Shown: positions 1 through 20,800, numbered from the whole stretch's first letter. The stretch: 62,736 bases of DNA, filler included, from Platydemus manokwari (GCA_037951405.1; 5 parts of 5 records of this genome joined end to end with filler, not necessarily neighbours in it), one strand, 5' to 3'. Numbers and translations: made by a program. Notes: generated by a model from the sequence alone, not told the origin.

Positions 1-51
<51 letters not shown>

Positions 52-125
52 TATTATTATTATCATTATTATTATTACTATTAATTATTTTTATTTATTA
101 TTAATTTAGGACTATTATTATTTTT
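1..125. repeat. (TAT)n microsatellite, degenerating rightwards
   Basis: Direct TAT trinucleotide run at the window start. Confidence 0.9.
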
Positions 126-3100
126 TATTAATATTATCAAATATTTTATTATTAATGATATTGGTTATATATAATTAATTGAAATTTTGAATAAAATAAA
201 TTTTATTATATATAAATATATTAAAACAAATTTTCAGAAATCAATCAAAATGACTGACAAATAGTAAAATCAGTTCATTTTACGTTAACATCTAATTTAT
301 TACAAATGTTTTCAAACAAAAGGTTGATAGTTTTTATTGTGAGAAATGTTCACAACTTATTTGTATGAATAATTATTCTTTACTGATAAAATGTCACTTC
401 AATAAATCTTACAAACAAACCAGATCTTTCTGATTAAAGCACTAAACAATTATTTGAGAATAGTATCATTTTTCTGTTATGTTTAATAGTTCATTACTTG
501 CTTCATATAAATATAAATCATTTGATAATATATGTAATTTTTTATAATAATAACGCCATCCTATTATGAACTGGAATATTCATGTTTATTTATTCTATGT
601 ATTTATTCATAAATTGATGGAAGTTATATGTTTCAAGCCAAGTTACTTTTCCATAACCAAAGTCGTTAATCTATTCTTTATAGTAATCAAACTATAATAT
701 TTTTTTATTATGTTTTAAGTCTTTGAATTATTTATTTTGCTATAGATGAATATTAATCAATATATTATATCGCGTATTTCTAAGACCATATTAGAAATGT
801 TACTTTAGTTTAATGTGAGTTGAAGAAGTTATTCTCACAGATCAAATAATATATTGAAAATTCTAAAAAATTATGGCTTTCAAATTACAATTGGACATTT
901 TTAGAATATCCTTTTAACAGATCAAATATAAAATTTTTAAAAAGTGCTTTAAAAGTTTATTTAACACTAAAATTGTCTTATCAAAACCACTGAATTATTA
1001 TTATAATTAATTCCTTATATCTCAATATTTTTCCAATATTTATCCAAATTTTGAAGACATTTAACTAGAAGATGAATTCAACCGTCCGAAAAGTATAGAA
1101 GCATGAATATTTATCTGTGTTACAGTTAAAATCGATGCTCAGTTTCCATTATATATATTTATATCTTTAATTTTATTCTTTCAATTATAATTATCTATTA
1201 CTCTTACTTTTGATATCTCGAAACTAGGACTAATTATTAAAATTATTCTATTATTTTTCAAATGTTCAGAACGAGTTTCAGAAGGAAAAATTCAGTAATT
1301 AAAATAAAATTTATGTTGTGCTTGTATTTTTTCATCATTAATAACAGACGATATTAATTTTATTTTCATCTTGATACTGGCGTCAAACCTGAATATTTTA
1401 ATTGGGCACAAGAGCACTGAGAAGAAATTTTAATTAATTATTCTGATAATTTGAATTTCAGGAAATACTGGGAGCATAAATAAATTGAAGGAAGCGTGTA
1501 GATTCAATGGTATTGAATAAAATCTTAAACTTATTGTTTTCTCGTGATGTTTCTCTTTTTAAGGAAAGTGTTAAAAACAGAGGAGACTGTGATAATAAAT
1601 ACCAAGACGTAGAGATAAGGATACATTTACAATTCATAAATCGATCAAAAATATATTAATTTAAAATTAGCTACTCAAAATTGTCATTAGTTTTTATTAT
1701 TAATATTAAATAGAATGGTTTCAATGAATGTGTGTGAATTTTCTTGTCAAATTGTTTCCAAATTTATTCGTACGGAAAAATTTCCTATGTTTCTCGGTTA
1801 TTTTTAGACATTTGTTTTTAACGTAATTTTCAACAAAATCAACAAATGCTTAATAGGCATTGGAATCATTAATTAAATTGAGATGAATGTTCAATTATTC
1901 TGACAATAATGAGGAGAAAAATATAATTTTAATCAATTGTGTTTATTATAACAAAATAATCAATTATTTTTATTTTATATTTTTAAACGACAGAAATTGA
2001 TTATATATAATGGTAATTATTTAATGGAATGATTTATAATGACATATAAATTTGTGAAAGGAAATGAACAATTAAATATATCATATATTTATTTAGAAAC
2101 ATTAACATTTATATATTAATAATGTATTATCATTGACGATATATGACTGTGAGTTATAATATAAAAATGTCATTTTTAGATAATTTGTCACATTTTTTTC
2201 ATGCCATTTATCATAACTTTTATTTTCATTTTCATCCTACATTTCTATTGAGTTTATAATTATTATTTATAATTCTTAATCAACAGTTTATAATTTAAAA
2301 CAATATCTAAAATCAAATTAACCGGAAAGTCAGTATATTTTAATGAAAACAATAACATGTTTTTACCAACGATAGAACATATTCTGAACGATAGAACTAC
2401 ATTAATAAAATTTTGATGATACGAAAACAAGTGATACTGTTTATTGATTGAATTAATTTAATATTATCGATAATAAGCTAAAGTTTTTATTTTTCAATGT
2501 ATCAATATATTGACATAAGCCATTATCAAAATTCAAATCAAATTCAAATTAACGAACTCACATTTTATATTAGATTTCTATTTAACTCAAAATCATTAAA
2601 CGGCGCCATCAAAATGGCGATAAAGAATATTTTTATTCAAACCGACTTTTGTCTGAACAGGAAATCGTTCTGGAAATGTAATAATGTAACACGACAGTTG
2701 GATAAGTTTTTTTTAGTATCGATTTATTTGGATAAATTTATTTTCTTGTTTATTAATATGATACCATGACTGAGTGTACGATAATATGAATTCACCGAAT
2801 AAAAATATCAATATCAATGTTAATAATAATAATAATAGTAATATCTGCTTTATATGGTTTACTTTAATCTTTACGTAGTTATTCAAATTTTTCTTCTACT
2901 TTTCAAATTTGTATTCTTATTTATACTCTTACTATACTTTTTATTCAAACCAGAGGGGTTCAATGAATGAATTTAGAGCGTTCCATCTTGGGTTCCTATG
3001 GATGGAATTTATAAAGTTTAATTTAAAGAGAAATAACTGTCTTTTTTGGTTGGTTTAGCTTATGGGAATATATTGGTGTCCAAGAATGAAGTCTAGATTT

Positions 3101-3766
3101 TGTTAGGGCTTCTGCGGCAACATGTTTACGTGGAAATTTATTTTCTGCTTTTACTACCAAGAGAACTGACTACATATCAAGTCTCGATTACATTACTCGA
3201 TGATTATTACTACTCATTATTATAACACCTAATGATAATAAGTTGTGTAAATTTAAGTAATGGCGCAAGTCCCACTGAAACCTAGGGACTTCACAGTAAT
3301 AGTGTCCCATGATTATTAAAAATTAATAGAAATTTTTGATTTCTATATTGGTATTTCAATTGAGTTCACTTATTTTATGTTCCAGATACTTGATATTTCA
3401 CAAGGAATGTTTAAAACCAAGTATGAGTCCCAGTTATAGCAGTTTAGGAATATTTGTCTTAAACTAATACTGGAATTTGGCCGATATGATTTCGAGTTGA
3501 TGATGATTTATGAAATTAATTATATAAAATAAATATAAATATTTGCTTTGTAATGATACATTGATTCCGTGGCGTGTTAGTATCAAACTCAGATGGCTTG
3601 TTTTCTTATTTTGTGTCAGCATATATTTTTATCACTTCATCAATATCATTATATTTTTCCAAACATAATTCAATCATAATTCCTAAAAACAATAAATTAG
3701 TTATTTTATAATTATTATTTCATATTTATAATTATAATTTGAATGCAATAATACATTGTTCTCTAG

Positions 3767-8803
<5,037 letters not shown>

Positions 8804-11799
8804 TTTGTAACAATTCTTTATGTTTATTCTGTTTGTTGCTAATTTTTGGTTATTTATTCTAAATATTAGATTGGAAACAAAAAAAACTATAATCTTTTGG
8901 AATTATTTCAGCGTAACATTTCGCCGTGTAATTAAATCGAAAAACGAGTTGTTTTGTATGTAATAATGATCTGATTTAAATGTCATTATTCAATGTTTCA
9001 GAATTGTAGAAATTGTTTTTTTTTGTAATACTATTAGATAATGTTTTTATCTTTTCATGTAAATCTGTTAGAACAATATTGTTGAAGTGCACTATTTTTC
9101 AACGCACTTAACTGTTCTATTTTAATTTTTTTTAAATAATTTATGTAATTTGATGTCATTAGAAGAAATGTATTTTCAATTTTTATTCTGGTTTTTTTTT
9201 TAATTTCAAACTGTTAATCCAATAATAAATGCAATCGAAATCAATTTATCTCACATTAATTATTCCAGCAAGTAAATTAATTAAAAATTGATAAATATTA
9301 GTTAACACATTGACGGACAATAGGAACAAATAAAGTTCGAAATTTAACACTATATGGGCGTACTTTAGCTGTAAGTCGTGTAATAGATGGAAAACAAAAG
9401 TCAATCGAGAAAATTGTTTCCAAAACATGGCACTAGTCTTCTATTTGTATGCCAATAAATGCACATTTTGCCGCAATGTCAAAAAAGACCGTTCCGTTTT
9501 AGACGGCTATAGTGAACTTCGCTTTGACGGTTATAGACGCAAGTGTCCGTCAACGTGTTAAAAACTAAATGCAACCAATACAATATCTTAGATTCTTCAA
9601 TAACCGGAAATGGTTTTAATGACCAATAGAAATTAGTACATTCATATTTTGAATAAATTACATTATAACTTTTCCACCTATGACATTATCCAAATTTAAC
9701 GAAATTGAATAAAAATTTTAAAATTTTTAAAAATTAAGTTTGAGATGTATTAGTGATATTAAACAAAATAAATTAATAATTTATTGCAAATGGTTAACGA
9801 TTCTCCGAAATAAAATGATGTTAGGCGAAGTAATTTCAACTGGGTTGATATTATATGATAATTCCGTAAATTGATAAATTCAAAATCGTAATAATTTTTT
9901 AATTGGTAATTGTATTGTAGTGGTGAATATGAATCAGTCCCAATAAGTTCTTATTAAGATCACCTGTGTAATCTACCATATTGAGTTTATTTTTCGCCTC
10001 GCACAACTTTATTTCATGAAAACAGTGAGTGTTTTGTTAGTAATAAAATTTATAATTAATTTGATTTTTAGTCTTTGTTATTTCGCCTCTCTTTTTATTA
10101 TCTATTTATAACATTAAAATCGCTAGCTTTAAATATGTTGGAAGCTTTAAATAAATCTTTACAAATTATTATTAACCACAAGTTATTATTACTGCTTTTT
10201 ACTATCATAACAACTTCACAAATAAAATTAAAGTAAAGTTCGGGTTTAAATACTAAGATATGTTATTGTTGGGTATAGTTGATGTTTATGTGATGTTGTA
10301 AACAACTCATCAGTGTAAGTTATAAAATTTTTAGACATCCTTCCAATTGTCGTTATATCGGTTTTTAAATGGACGAAATTCTGATTTTCGAATCAATTTA
10401 AATAGCTTTTACATTTGGGGATTTTGACCCGGTGATTAATCACATTTTACTTATATTTGTACTGCTAATCATATTACTCATTTTATTTCATTCATTATTC
10501 ATTTTATTTTTCTATATTTATGTTTTTTCGCTGGATAGTCAAATAGTCACACAACAAATTGACTGTTTTGGTTTCGGATTTGCATTTGAATTGGAATTTT
10601 AATTTGAATATAAAAGATTATCTTTTTTATTGTCGAATAAGGTAATGGCCCTGATCAGCTTATCATTCTCTGTTTCGCTCTCCAAATAAAGTACTTCTCT
10701 GAATATGGTTAATTCTTCTGACTGTCTTGGGTTTTTATGCATTGGCTCTTAAAAAGGAATCATAATATCATAATATTCCGTTTTTATGGTCATAATAATT
10801 GTCTGTCATGCTATATATATGAATTGATTAATAATTAGAAGAGAGAAATTATCCTCGAATAATACTCATTACTTTTTCAATATTTTTTCTAAAATTTTAA
10901 ATTACCCTAAATATCTTTCATTCTAAAATTTGTTTTACACAATTATTTTAACGAATGAAATATTTTTCATCAAGGATTTTACTATATATGATTGTTTTAA
11001 TGAATGACAATTTAGTTAGCATTATTCCTACTTTTTGAATTTTATTAGAAATTCATTTGTGCACTATTCAAATAATTGTCTATTAACTCAAATCAAATTA
11101 CAGAAATAATTTTTAAATCAGTAATCCCTGATCACCAATATTTCAAGATCACCTATTTCTGATACCAAATCTATTGACAAAAATGTGATATATATATATC
11201 AAACAGTATTTAAACACCTTTCAGTTGATATCTAAAAATCAATAATTAATAGTAAGTTATAATGTCAAAGAATCGGATAAATAAATATACTACACAATTT
11301 AGTAAACCAATGAAAACAAAGCAAAACTTATCATCGAATTACTTTTTTATTTTGTTTTCTAATTTTAATATACAAGCTCTGAATTTCACTTTATCAGAGT
11401 ACATGACTTTCAGCTATTAATTTCTATTTCTATATCTTAATTACTAAGTTTGTTTTCATTTAATGCAAGGGTATAAATTGAGTAAATAATACCAACTTGA
11501 TAGTCATACTAAATGAGACAGTATGTTATAGTTCTTCAATTATAATACTTATGAATATATTTAGGAAATATAAAATATTTCTGAATATAAATTTTTAGTA
11601 ATGTATGACAGAAAATCTTATAAAATGAGTAATATAATTTAGAAGCTTTTATTTATGAAAAATAATTTTAATTCTAAAAAATAATCATTTCGTACTTAGC
11701 AAATATTACTTCGCAAATATTAAGTAAATAACTATACAACAATTCTTGAGTAATTTTTATTTGTTAAAAAATTAAGTAAAATTTGTTTTCGTTATTTAT

Positions 11800-11899
11800 N
11801 NNNNNNNNNNNNNNNNNNNNNNNNNNNNNNNNNNNNNNNNNNNTTAATTAATTAANNNNNNNNNNNNNNNNNNNNNNNNNNNNNNNNNNNNNNNNNNNN
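11800..11899. other. Artificial scaffolding spacer N44-TTAATTAATTAA-N44
   Basis: Exactly 100 bp. The palindromic 12-mer puts stops in all six frames. The same spacer occurs at three other sites. Confidence 0.97.
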
Positions 11900-13417
11900 G
11901 ATAATCTTTATTATGAAATATATTTTTACACATTGAGAATTATGAGTTTTGAATATAGTATAAAAAACGAAGAAGTCTTAGCCGCTAACAATGGATTTGC
12001 ATTTTTATTAAGAATTTATATTGTATATTGGCTGTTAAATAAAATACAACAAAACCAAATTAAAATGGTAAGTAAACATGGTTGGTGTCAGTTATATAAC
12101 ATAATAATTGATTTTATAGAAATTTTTTGAAATTATATAATCTCAAATATGTTTGTGAAATTGACCAATTGTTGGCATTGTTCAATTGTTTTTGATTCGT
12201 TATTGGTTTAATTTTAAACATTGCTGATAGCCATAGTTATAGATTATAAATGTGTAGTTTCTTTGTAAAATTTAAATCGTAAATGTAAATTTCGATTATT
12301 CATTATCAAAATACAATGTGATTAATTTATAAATATAGCACATAGCCCTAATATTTAACATGTGAATATTGAAATAGTGGTGGAAATGGATATAAATGCC
12401 ATTGTCTATATTGTCAATCCAATATAAATTTTATAATGAATGTTATTTCCATACAAAATTAATTAATCATTACAATGTCATTTGTTTTGATTTTGCGAAT
12501 AATTATCAGAAGTTGGAATTTTATGTGCAAATTATAAATTAATTTTCAAAAACGGAAATAATGACATTTTATAACGAACAATGATTATTGAAATTTGTTA
12601 TAGGAACGTGAATTCATTCGTGTATATATGTAAAATATATGATGTCGAATGATTTCAGCCAACTAAATGGTTACATTGTTTTAATAAACACCATTGATTA
12701 TTGGATGGATAAATTACCTGTACAAGGGTTACTATGATATTTCAATGTTGTTGAAAATTATCACATATATAAATTATATGTTGAAAAAATCTATCTATTT
12801 ATAACACATGTGTATACGTATTTTTACGATATTTCAAAAATAAATCAACACAATTATGTCGAATTCATTTTAAAACGCGATTTAAGAAATATTTATATGC
12901 TTTACCTTTTGGTTTATAATTAGTAATTAATTTATTTTCTTTAATGATTTTTGAACAGAATTGTAATTAGATTTCATTTTTGTTTAAATGGATCGTTGTT
13001 GGATGTTTTATAAAATTATTTATCTATCCTGAATTACATTAATGATTTTATATTTCACATGCTATCTAATCCAAATGATTTATTTTTCATTTTGATATTC
13101 AATATTATCTGAAAAATTTACAAATAATTATTTTATTATGTTTTCGAAAACAATTAGGAAAAATAGTTCAATATTATAAAGATGCAATCGATATGAAATG
13201 ATATTATTTTCTTACCCAGTGGTTCACTGCTTGTGATTCTGAAATTTCAAAAAATTTAGAACTCAAAGAATGTAGTACACCTTATCCCGTTCTTTATTTT
13301 TTATATTTCAAGAATTATCCACCAACTTGTTTTAATGAATAAATGTCTTGTTTTATCAGATCTTTCTATATTGATCAAAATATAATATAGTTGTTTTAAT
13401 CAATTCATTATATTCAG

Positions 13418-13492
13418 ACGAACAAAATGCAGAATTATTACAACAGCTCTATAAGCAGCTTAGAAGCCATCACAAAAGCTTTATCATCTAAG
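13418..13492 (+). other. Candidate isolated coding exon (TNKMQNYYNSSISSLEAITKALSSK)
   Basis: ttcag acceptor, AAG/gtatcg donor, 75 nt open in phase 0. No recognisable homology, and flanking exons could not be established. Confidence 0.2.
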
Positions 13493-15799
13493 GTATCGTC
13501 ATTATGATATTGCATATATTTATTTGAATGATTTATCATTGTTTATTCATTTCTAGTAAAGCAAATTTATCTGGAATAAGACAGATGGTATCTGAAAATT
13601 CGTTGATCTATTTTTGAGTGATTTTACTGTATTTCATGAATCTGATTTAAAAACAGTTCGATTAATTTTTTTTCTAATGTTTTCATTTTCTATGTCATCT
13701 TAAGATAATTTTTGATTTTTTTTAATGTTTATGTTGTTTTTTTCTATAATAAATTTGTTTTTAATATAAAAATATATTTTTTGCTCTTATTAATTGAAAA
13801 TTGTTCTCGTTATTAAATTATGTGAATCAGTGTTCATGGTTTTAAAGGACTTTGTTTAAATTTTATAAAATTCAATTTTGATAATTGACATCACGATAAT
13901 CTGTTACAGAATATTTATCAATATTTCAATTATTTATCTATACAGACCAATATCAGAAATTGTCTGATATTATTAATGGGTTATCTATAATTATATTAAC
14001 TTGTAATTAAACTTCTACCTCTATAAATGTTCAATAATATTGTCAAGTTGAATTACGAAAATAATAAGCAGTATTTTTGAAAAGTTTATAATTATATAAA
14101 TTTTACTTGGAAAGAAACTTTTGCTGTTTTTTTCTTGGAATTAGTTCTTACGAATTCAATGGAAGGCACTTTATAATTGAAGGATATAAATTATAACATA
14201 TCCATTATTGATTTAATTCTTTTGATAGACGTCTTAAATTCATCTTCAAAGATAAATTTTGATTATTTATTTGAAAATTTTATTGAAATTTTAAATTCTT
14301 TAAAGATTGAAAGTGCTACACGTAAGCCGCTATTATTTTATAAAAAGCATCGAAAACGAACTGAAAAGACACGACATCAAATTCTATTCAAATACAATTA
14401 TTTAAAACTTCGAAAATTAAGTTCAATTTAATATTCTCACATCCCCATTTTCTTTAAAATCTTTGATTTTCATTGTATTTGGCATTGTATCGAAAACTTT
14501 AATATTTATCTACGTAAAAATCTATAATTCTTCTATCTTTTTATATCTTCTCTACACTTGATACATTTGATACAAAATCAAATTCAATATAAAATCAAAT
14601 TAAATTCTATACAAATTTAAATCTTCGAAAATTAAATTCAATTTAATATTCTCACACTACATATTGCATGTTATCAATTATTTTAATTAAATTCGCTTTT
14701 AGATTTCTTAATATTATTTCAATTTAATTATATTGCACATTGTTATTCAATATAACATTGATTTAAATGTCGAAAATTATTGAACTAGAATAATAATAAT
14801 AAATATTTATTAAATATTAACAAAACAATTGTGTCTGAGGTTCATGCAGGCCATGGCATTGGTCTACATATGTAGCTGGAGTCCTTAATTTCCATACATA
14901 TTTTTACATTTAATAATATGTTGGAGTCCGATCCATCTCGAATCCAAATCTAATTTATAAATTCATTCTCATAAACCATTAATTCTATTCTGTTGCAAAG
15001 ATAATTCACATCTATTGAAGCCTATCACCAACTCATATTCAAATCTATCCTGATTGTTTAGTCGATTTTATTATTAAACTAAATAGGGTAAGTTCTTATA
15101 CATGGATAAGGATTTGTTTTACTTCGATAATTAATTTCACAGCATTAAAAATAAACAATTGTTTATTTCATAATTTTTATTTCAAATTAGATCAATCGAA
15201 TTAATTTGATAAACAAATCGGTAGGGTGATTTTACCATGAGCGCAAGAACTCTACTAATTTCCTTAAGAGTTTAGCTGTATTGATTTTTAAATTATGATC
15301 GCTTGGAATCCAAAATTGTAAGATCCATTTGGTAGACTGATGGTTTTATTTATTAAGAATTAAATTTCCCGAATTATTAAGTTTACTTATGAATTACATG
15401 GTTTTGCTTTTTAAACAATTTACAGTTTCACAATAATGTGTTATCCTTATATAGGATTCGTTCAGATTGCCAAAGTCGTTTAGACTATCGGTTTACCATT
15501 CACAATTCTATGAGCAAAATGATCGTTTTTAGCGTCCACTTGATATCCACGACCATCCACTAAATTTTAATATTTTCAGTACTTCCCACCGTAATTACAG
15601 GGGAAAATTATCGTTGTATTAAAATTTTAATCTTACAAATTATGTATGAGAAAAATTTAACATTTGAAATTCTTAAATCATATTAATTTAATATTTTTAT
15701 TTATTATCAATTTCACATTATCTATTTATTTTGTTTTTTTGTCTATTTTTAATTCTTGTAAATAATAATATCTATTTTATAGGTCGAATCGAATCGATT

Positions 15800-18700
15800 T
15801 GCAAATGATCACAAGATTTACATATAATTAAAGTTAAATGCTAAATAGTCAATTAATGAGTGTCAGATAATCACAAGTAATTAGAGATGTTTGAGAGTCA
15901 GACAATCACAAAATCAGAATTATTTATACCTGTTTTTGGGTTTTGGAATTCGAAAGAATTCATTGTTTGGCTGGGATTTGAGGATTTGAGGTGTTACCGA
16001 CATTAGGCTTCTAAACCCAAGCTTCAGTTCTTCTTTCCCCAGGACTTTCTCTTCTCTCCCTACCTGTTTTTCAGGTTGCTCCACTTTTGCGATGTGTTAT
16101 GGCTCTTTTCTGGGTTCTCTGATTTTATATTTGTCTGAATACGTTTTTCTGTTGCGATCTGATGTGTTACTGTTTCTGTTATAGCCGCTATCTTTTTCCA
16201 TACACTATATGGAATGATGGTGATGGATATTTTTCGTCTTCGTTCTCCTCACTATCTGAGTAGATCATTGTTCTATCTATGCTTTCCCAACATTTGTATC
16301 CAATGGCGAATGTCCATTTGCGTCAATGGTGTTTTGGCGTATGTCCTTTTAGTGGTTAACTGATCGTATTTTATACTATTCTGCTCAGAGGGCTGCTTGT
16401 AATAGCTGAATCAAATTGTTGATTTTGGCTTGACATGAAGTTTGGTGAATGGTCGAAAATTGAATTCATCCATTTTGACTTGGCACGATTCAGGGTGGGG
16501 ATTGAAAATTTATTTGGATTAATAATCATGATTATTTATGATTAGGGGGTTCTTTTTCACACTTGGGCTTACAATTGGGGTTTTTTCAACGATTTGTTGT
16601 TGACGGACGTACTACTTGTTGTGCTTTGATCTGGCCTGGCTCCAACAAATATTTGACTAAATTTATGTTTGTGTGTATATTTTTGGTAATTAGTAGTTAT
16701 GGAAAAAATTGATAACCGAAAATTTTATTTTTGCGAACATTATCAATGTCTTATCAATATCAATATTGATTATTATTGAATATTTTGTATTTCGATATTT
16801 TATCTTTTAAATTGTAAACAAAACAGTTGAGAGATCGAGTTAGAGAGATAATAATAGTGATAGAAAAAATATATTATAAGAAAATAATAAAAAATATAAA
16901 TATTAAATGATAGAATTATTAATAATAAAGGAATAAATATTAAGTATTACAATTTTCAATAATAGAATAACAAGATGAGCAGTTTAGGTGTTAATCCCTT
17001 TAAATTTGCACTTTATATTTTATTTTGAAACTGAATTAATTTGCTTGTTTTCGTAATTTTCTGGTTTTGTTCCTCTCTAAATTCTCTATTTATTTGAACC
17101 TTCTTATGGACTTTGCTCAATCGTTATTTTATGATATTTACAAATCATAGTTTCTCCTTTAATTGTGATGTTTGTCAGAAATTTTAATTGTATTAAATTT
17201 TGTAAGATTTAATTCAGATTTTATATAAAGTTATATATAATTGTTTATATAATTGTATTCAAATATGTGCATAATTTGGTGTTGTGACTTTTCAGTTAGT
17301 TTTCAAAGCGTGCTTTGTAAAATAGTAGTGGCTTACAATGTTGAAGGTGGAAATGTTAAATCAATGGGTAAAAATGTTTCTCTCAAGTATCTTAGGTAGA
17401 ACGGTGACTATGCGGCTGTTTCGTTAATTGAAATACTGTAAGCGAACAAATATGGCTTAATATATTCAAGCCAGTCATTTTGTTGATAATTTACAAAGTT
17501 TGACAACATATATTTTGCAAAGTTTGCTTGAGTCCTTCCACTAATCCATCAGTTTGTGGATAATATGGTGAAGTGTTTAACTTTTTAATTGCTAATAATT
17601 CCGTTGTAACTTGGATGACATCGCTTATAAAATCCTTTCCACTGGCTGTTAATGATTTACTGGGTATCCCAGATTTAAATATTATTTCTTTTACTAACTT
17701 CCAGGTTATCGTTTCAGCTTGATGATCTTCAGTAACATAAGTTTCTGCCGTTCTAGCTAAATAATCACAAAAAATGATTTTAAATTACAGGTAAAGGACC
17801 CACGGGATCAATTGAATATGACTTCATAGGCTTGAATGGATTTTTTTTCTTTCTGCGTTTCTTCTTGTTGCAAACAATCTGATTCGTTTTCACAATTGGT
17901 CCACATTCTTAACATATTTTTCCAATAATATTTTTGTCTAAATATCCCATATTTTTCCTCTTAGATAAATGTTCTTCAACTGCTCCATCATAACAAACTA
18001 GTAATAGTTGTTGTTACATTGCCGCTGATATAAGTTTGTTTCACCTTGATATTTTATTATGTCATCAGATGCTATTTATTATCCTGAAGATACCATCTCA
18101 TTACAAGTTAGTATTCATTCTACTTTTACTGACTATCCTTTCGTTTTTTATTCTGCTTGTTCCTTTATCCCGCGCCTTTTTATTCTCTTTAATTAACTGC
18201 CTTCATCTGCATTTCTTTGATATCTTGCTCACTTGTTGGTTTATAGCTGTTGATGATGAATGCATCGATCGCACTTATTTCTAACAGTGATTTTTCTTTG
18301 TTGTCCGCTATCTTAATAAAGAGTATACCATTGTATTTGAGTATATGATTACCCTGTTGCGCAAACTATTTTAATTTAAACTCTCGTTTAATTAATCTAC
18401 TTGATATATCTCTGTGTTTCATCAAACTTTCTAAATGTTTGTGATCAGTTTTTAATATTATTTCAGTCTTGTAAAAATATTGTCTAAACTCTTTTAATAC
18501 AAATGATTGCTAAGCGCTCTCATTCTAGTATAAAATAATTCTTTTCAGCTAATTTGAACTACTGGCACATGTAATAGCATGATCTAATTTATTTTCATCC
18601 TTTTTCTTAGTACAGCTCCCCTGCGGCTGACATCAAAATGAACGTTTTTTCTATATTAGGATTTCGCTTTATTAGCACAAGTTATAGATGTGCGTCTTCC

Positions 18701-20800
18701 CATTTATTTTTAGTGCACTCTCCGTTTTGCAAGTTGATGGCTTTTCTACTTTTGTTGGATCTGGACCTATTGCAAGTCCTAAGAATCATACAGATGGCTC
18801 ATTTACATTTTTCTGATTTTATTTAAAGCTTTCATTGGTACCGTCAGTATCTTTCAAATCTTGCGACTATTCTTATTATTTCTTGAAGTTTTAGTTTGTC
18901 ATCAGTATGTAACGGGTTTTGCTTGTATGAAATTTGAAATGTGATTCAATCTAAACTACTCCTGATAATTTTCCTAAAAAATTCATTCTTATAAGGATAT
19001 AATTTAGTCTTTCTGACACAACTTTGAAATCATGATCCATCTTGTATGTTTCAAATGCTATAGTGATTTTTATTCTCTCGATAGTTTCTATTCTTTTTCC
19101 TTTTGATTTGATGAGAATGTCTTTATCTTTTATTATTTTTGGTGGTTCGTATCCATCCATTAATTATTACTTCATCATTGACGCTTCCACTACTGTATCT
19201 ATCAGCGCTTTCGATTATTTGTTATTCATTAGCATTGACACTATTGATCTATATCCTCTAACTGCTGTTGAAAAAAGGCTTGTATGTTTTCTCTTATTAA
19301 TGGTTCTCTTAACTCACTCATTATTTAGCATTCCATCACAATATTTCCTTACAATATTCATCCACTTGCGAGTATGGTGATAATTGTTGTTTGGATAATT
19401 TTTCTGAATTTCGTCCATTTCTTACTTCTTAGTTGTTATATCCTACTGGATAATTCCATGGTGGTTCTTGCTGTATCACTGTACCATACATCTGTGTTGG
19501 TGTTATTGGATCATATTCTAATCATTGGATTGTGCATTCCTACCTCACGAATCTGTATTATTCCTTCACTTCCACTATACGTTCTGTTGGCTTTTAACTG
19601 TTCTAACTAGTTCTTGTAATGTACAAGAATTTTGTGTTTTGCTATTGGTGGACATTTACAACAAAGCAATTTAGGCCAACATCCAAAAATTTCCTTAATG
19701 TTTTTCTGGTTATGGCGGATGAGAATATTACTTTTATTATAATATAATGTAGAATATCCCCAAAAATAAAATGAAAATATTCATCATATTTCCTGAAATA
19801 TTCTGGATAAACTTTTAAATAATCCTTTTCCACTCATTTGAAATGGTCCACTTATAATAATGTTTCACAATTTAATTATCTATCCGTACTTCTTCATAGT
19901 GTTTTCTGGACCATAATCATAATAACGTCTTCTCTTTGTAATGCAAATAACATGTGTCTTCGAACCATCTTCTACAGAATATACTCTGCTATCATCCATT
20001 TTTCTGGTTATTCCAGTGCTCTTTAAAGTCATTTTATCTGCTCTTGGTATTTTAACCTCTGTGGAAATCCATCTTCTATTATTCATTTTAAATATATATA
20101 TATATACACATTTGACGAAGCATCTATTTTTGCTGCTATTTTTATTGTTGAATAGGATCTTCAATTTGTGACTCATTTGGATGTTTCTAAATTTTCATTT
20201 CTTCCACATCAATTTCTTCATCAGGATTTTCTTTGTTAATCATATTAATTTGTAATTTTCTTCCTGGATAAATTGAAATTTTATCGGTAGCTAAATATGG
20301 ATATTTATTGTCTGGCTATATCTATTCCCCTATGAGTTTCCATTAAATCATTGCTTGTTTTGATATTTCATCCTTACTTTGCCATAGACTTCCACTAATT
20401 ATTTTGGCCAATGTTATTAATTTTCTAATGAGTTGCACAGATATTGACATATTTATTTCCAAGATTGATGCATCTGCTTGCCTTCGTAATCTTCGATTAT
20501 TACACAAATTTTGATCTCGATCCCTTCATCTGATTTACTCTTTAACCATATGTTCCGCATTATCCGGCATTTGTAATCTCTCCTTTTCGACTTGTTTCCA
20601 CAAATTAACTTGTTTCCTTGTTCATGTTGCATTATTAGCTTGTTTAACTTAAATATTTCGTCACCTCTGGCATATTAATTTTTTGAGTTCGTGTCATATT
20701 TTACACATTTGCCCTTCTAAGTAATATGGGTTATCCGATTTTATGATATCCTCTCTAACCAAAATGTAGATGTGTTACACAGAGCAAGTTCAAGCTCAAT
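15800..20800 (-). mobile_element. Decayed Ty3/gypsy LTR retrotransposon, internally deleted
   Basis: Minus-strand remnants in gypsy order: protease-like KALIDTVVEAS (~19170-19215); RT end FLG..IGPDPTK (~18750-18790); RNase H AEKNY..LE / FVLKEFRQYF..IILKTDHKHL (~18390-18630); integrase SIDPVGPLP / CDYLARTAETY..DHQAETI / GIPSK..T.SGKDF / NTSPYYPQTDGLVE (~17400-17830). Many stops and frameshifts. Boundaries are approximate and no matched LTR pair was seen. Confidence 0.85.

Noticed and set aside
2497-2769. 90-aa ORF as the missing CDKL first exon
   Set aside because: It lacks the kinase GxGxxG, VAIK and KKIALRE motifs.
14379-14656. ~55-bp direct repeat pair ~215 bp apart
   Set aside because: AT-rich local duplication with no termini, TSD or coding signal.
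18036-20176. Cluster of short hydrophobic plus-strand ORFs resembling membrane peptides
   Set aside because: Antisense shadows of the A-rich minus-strand gypsy remnant.
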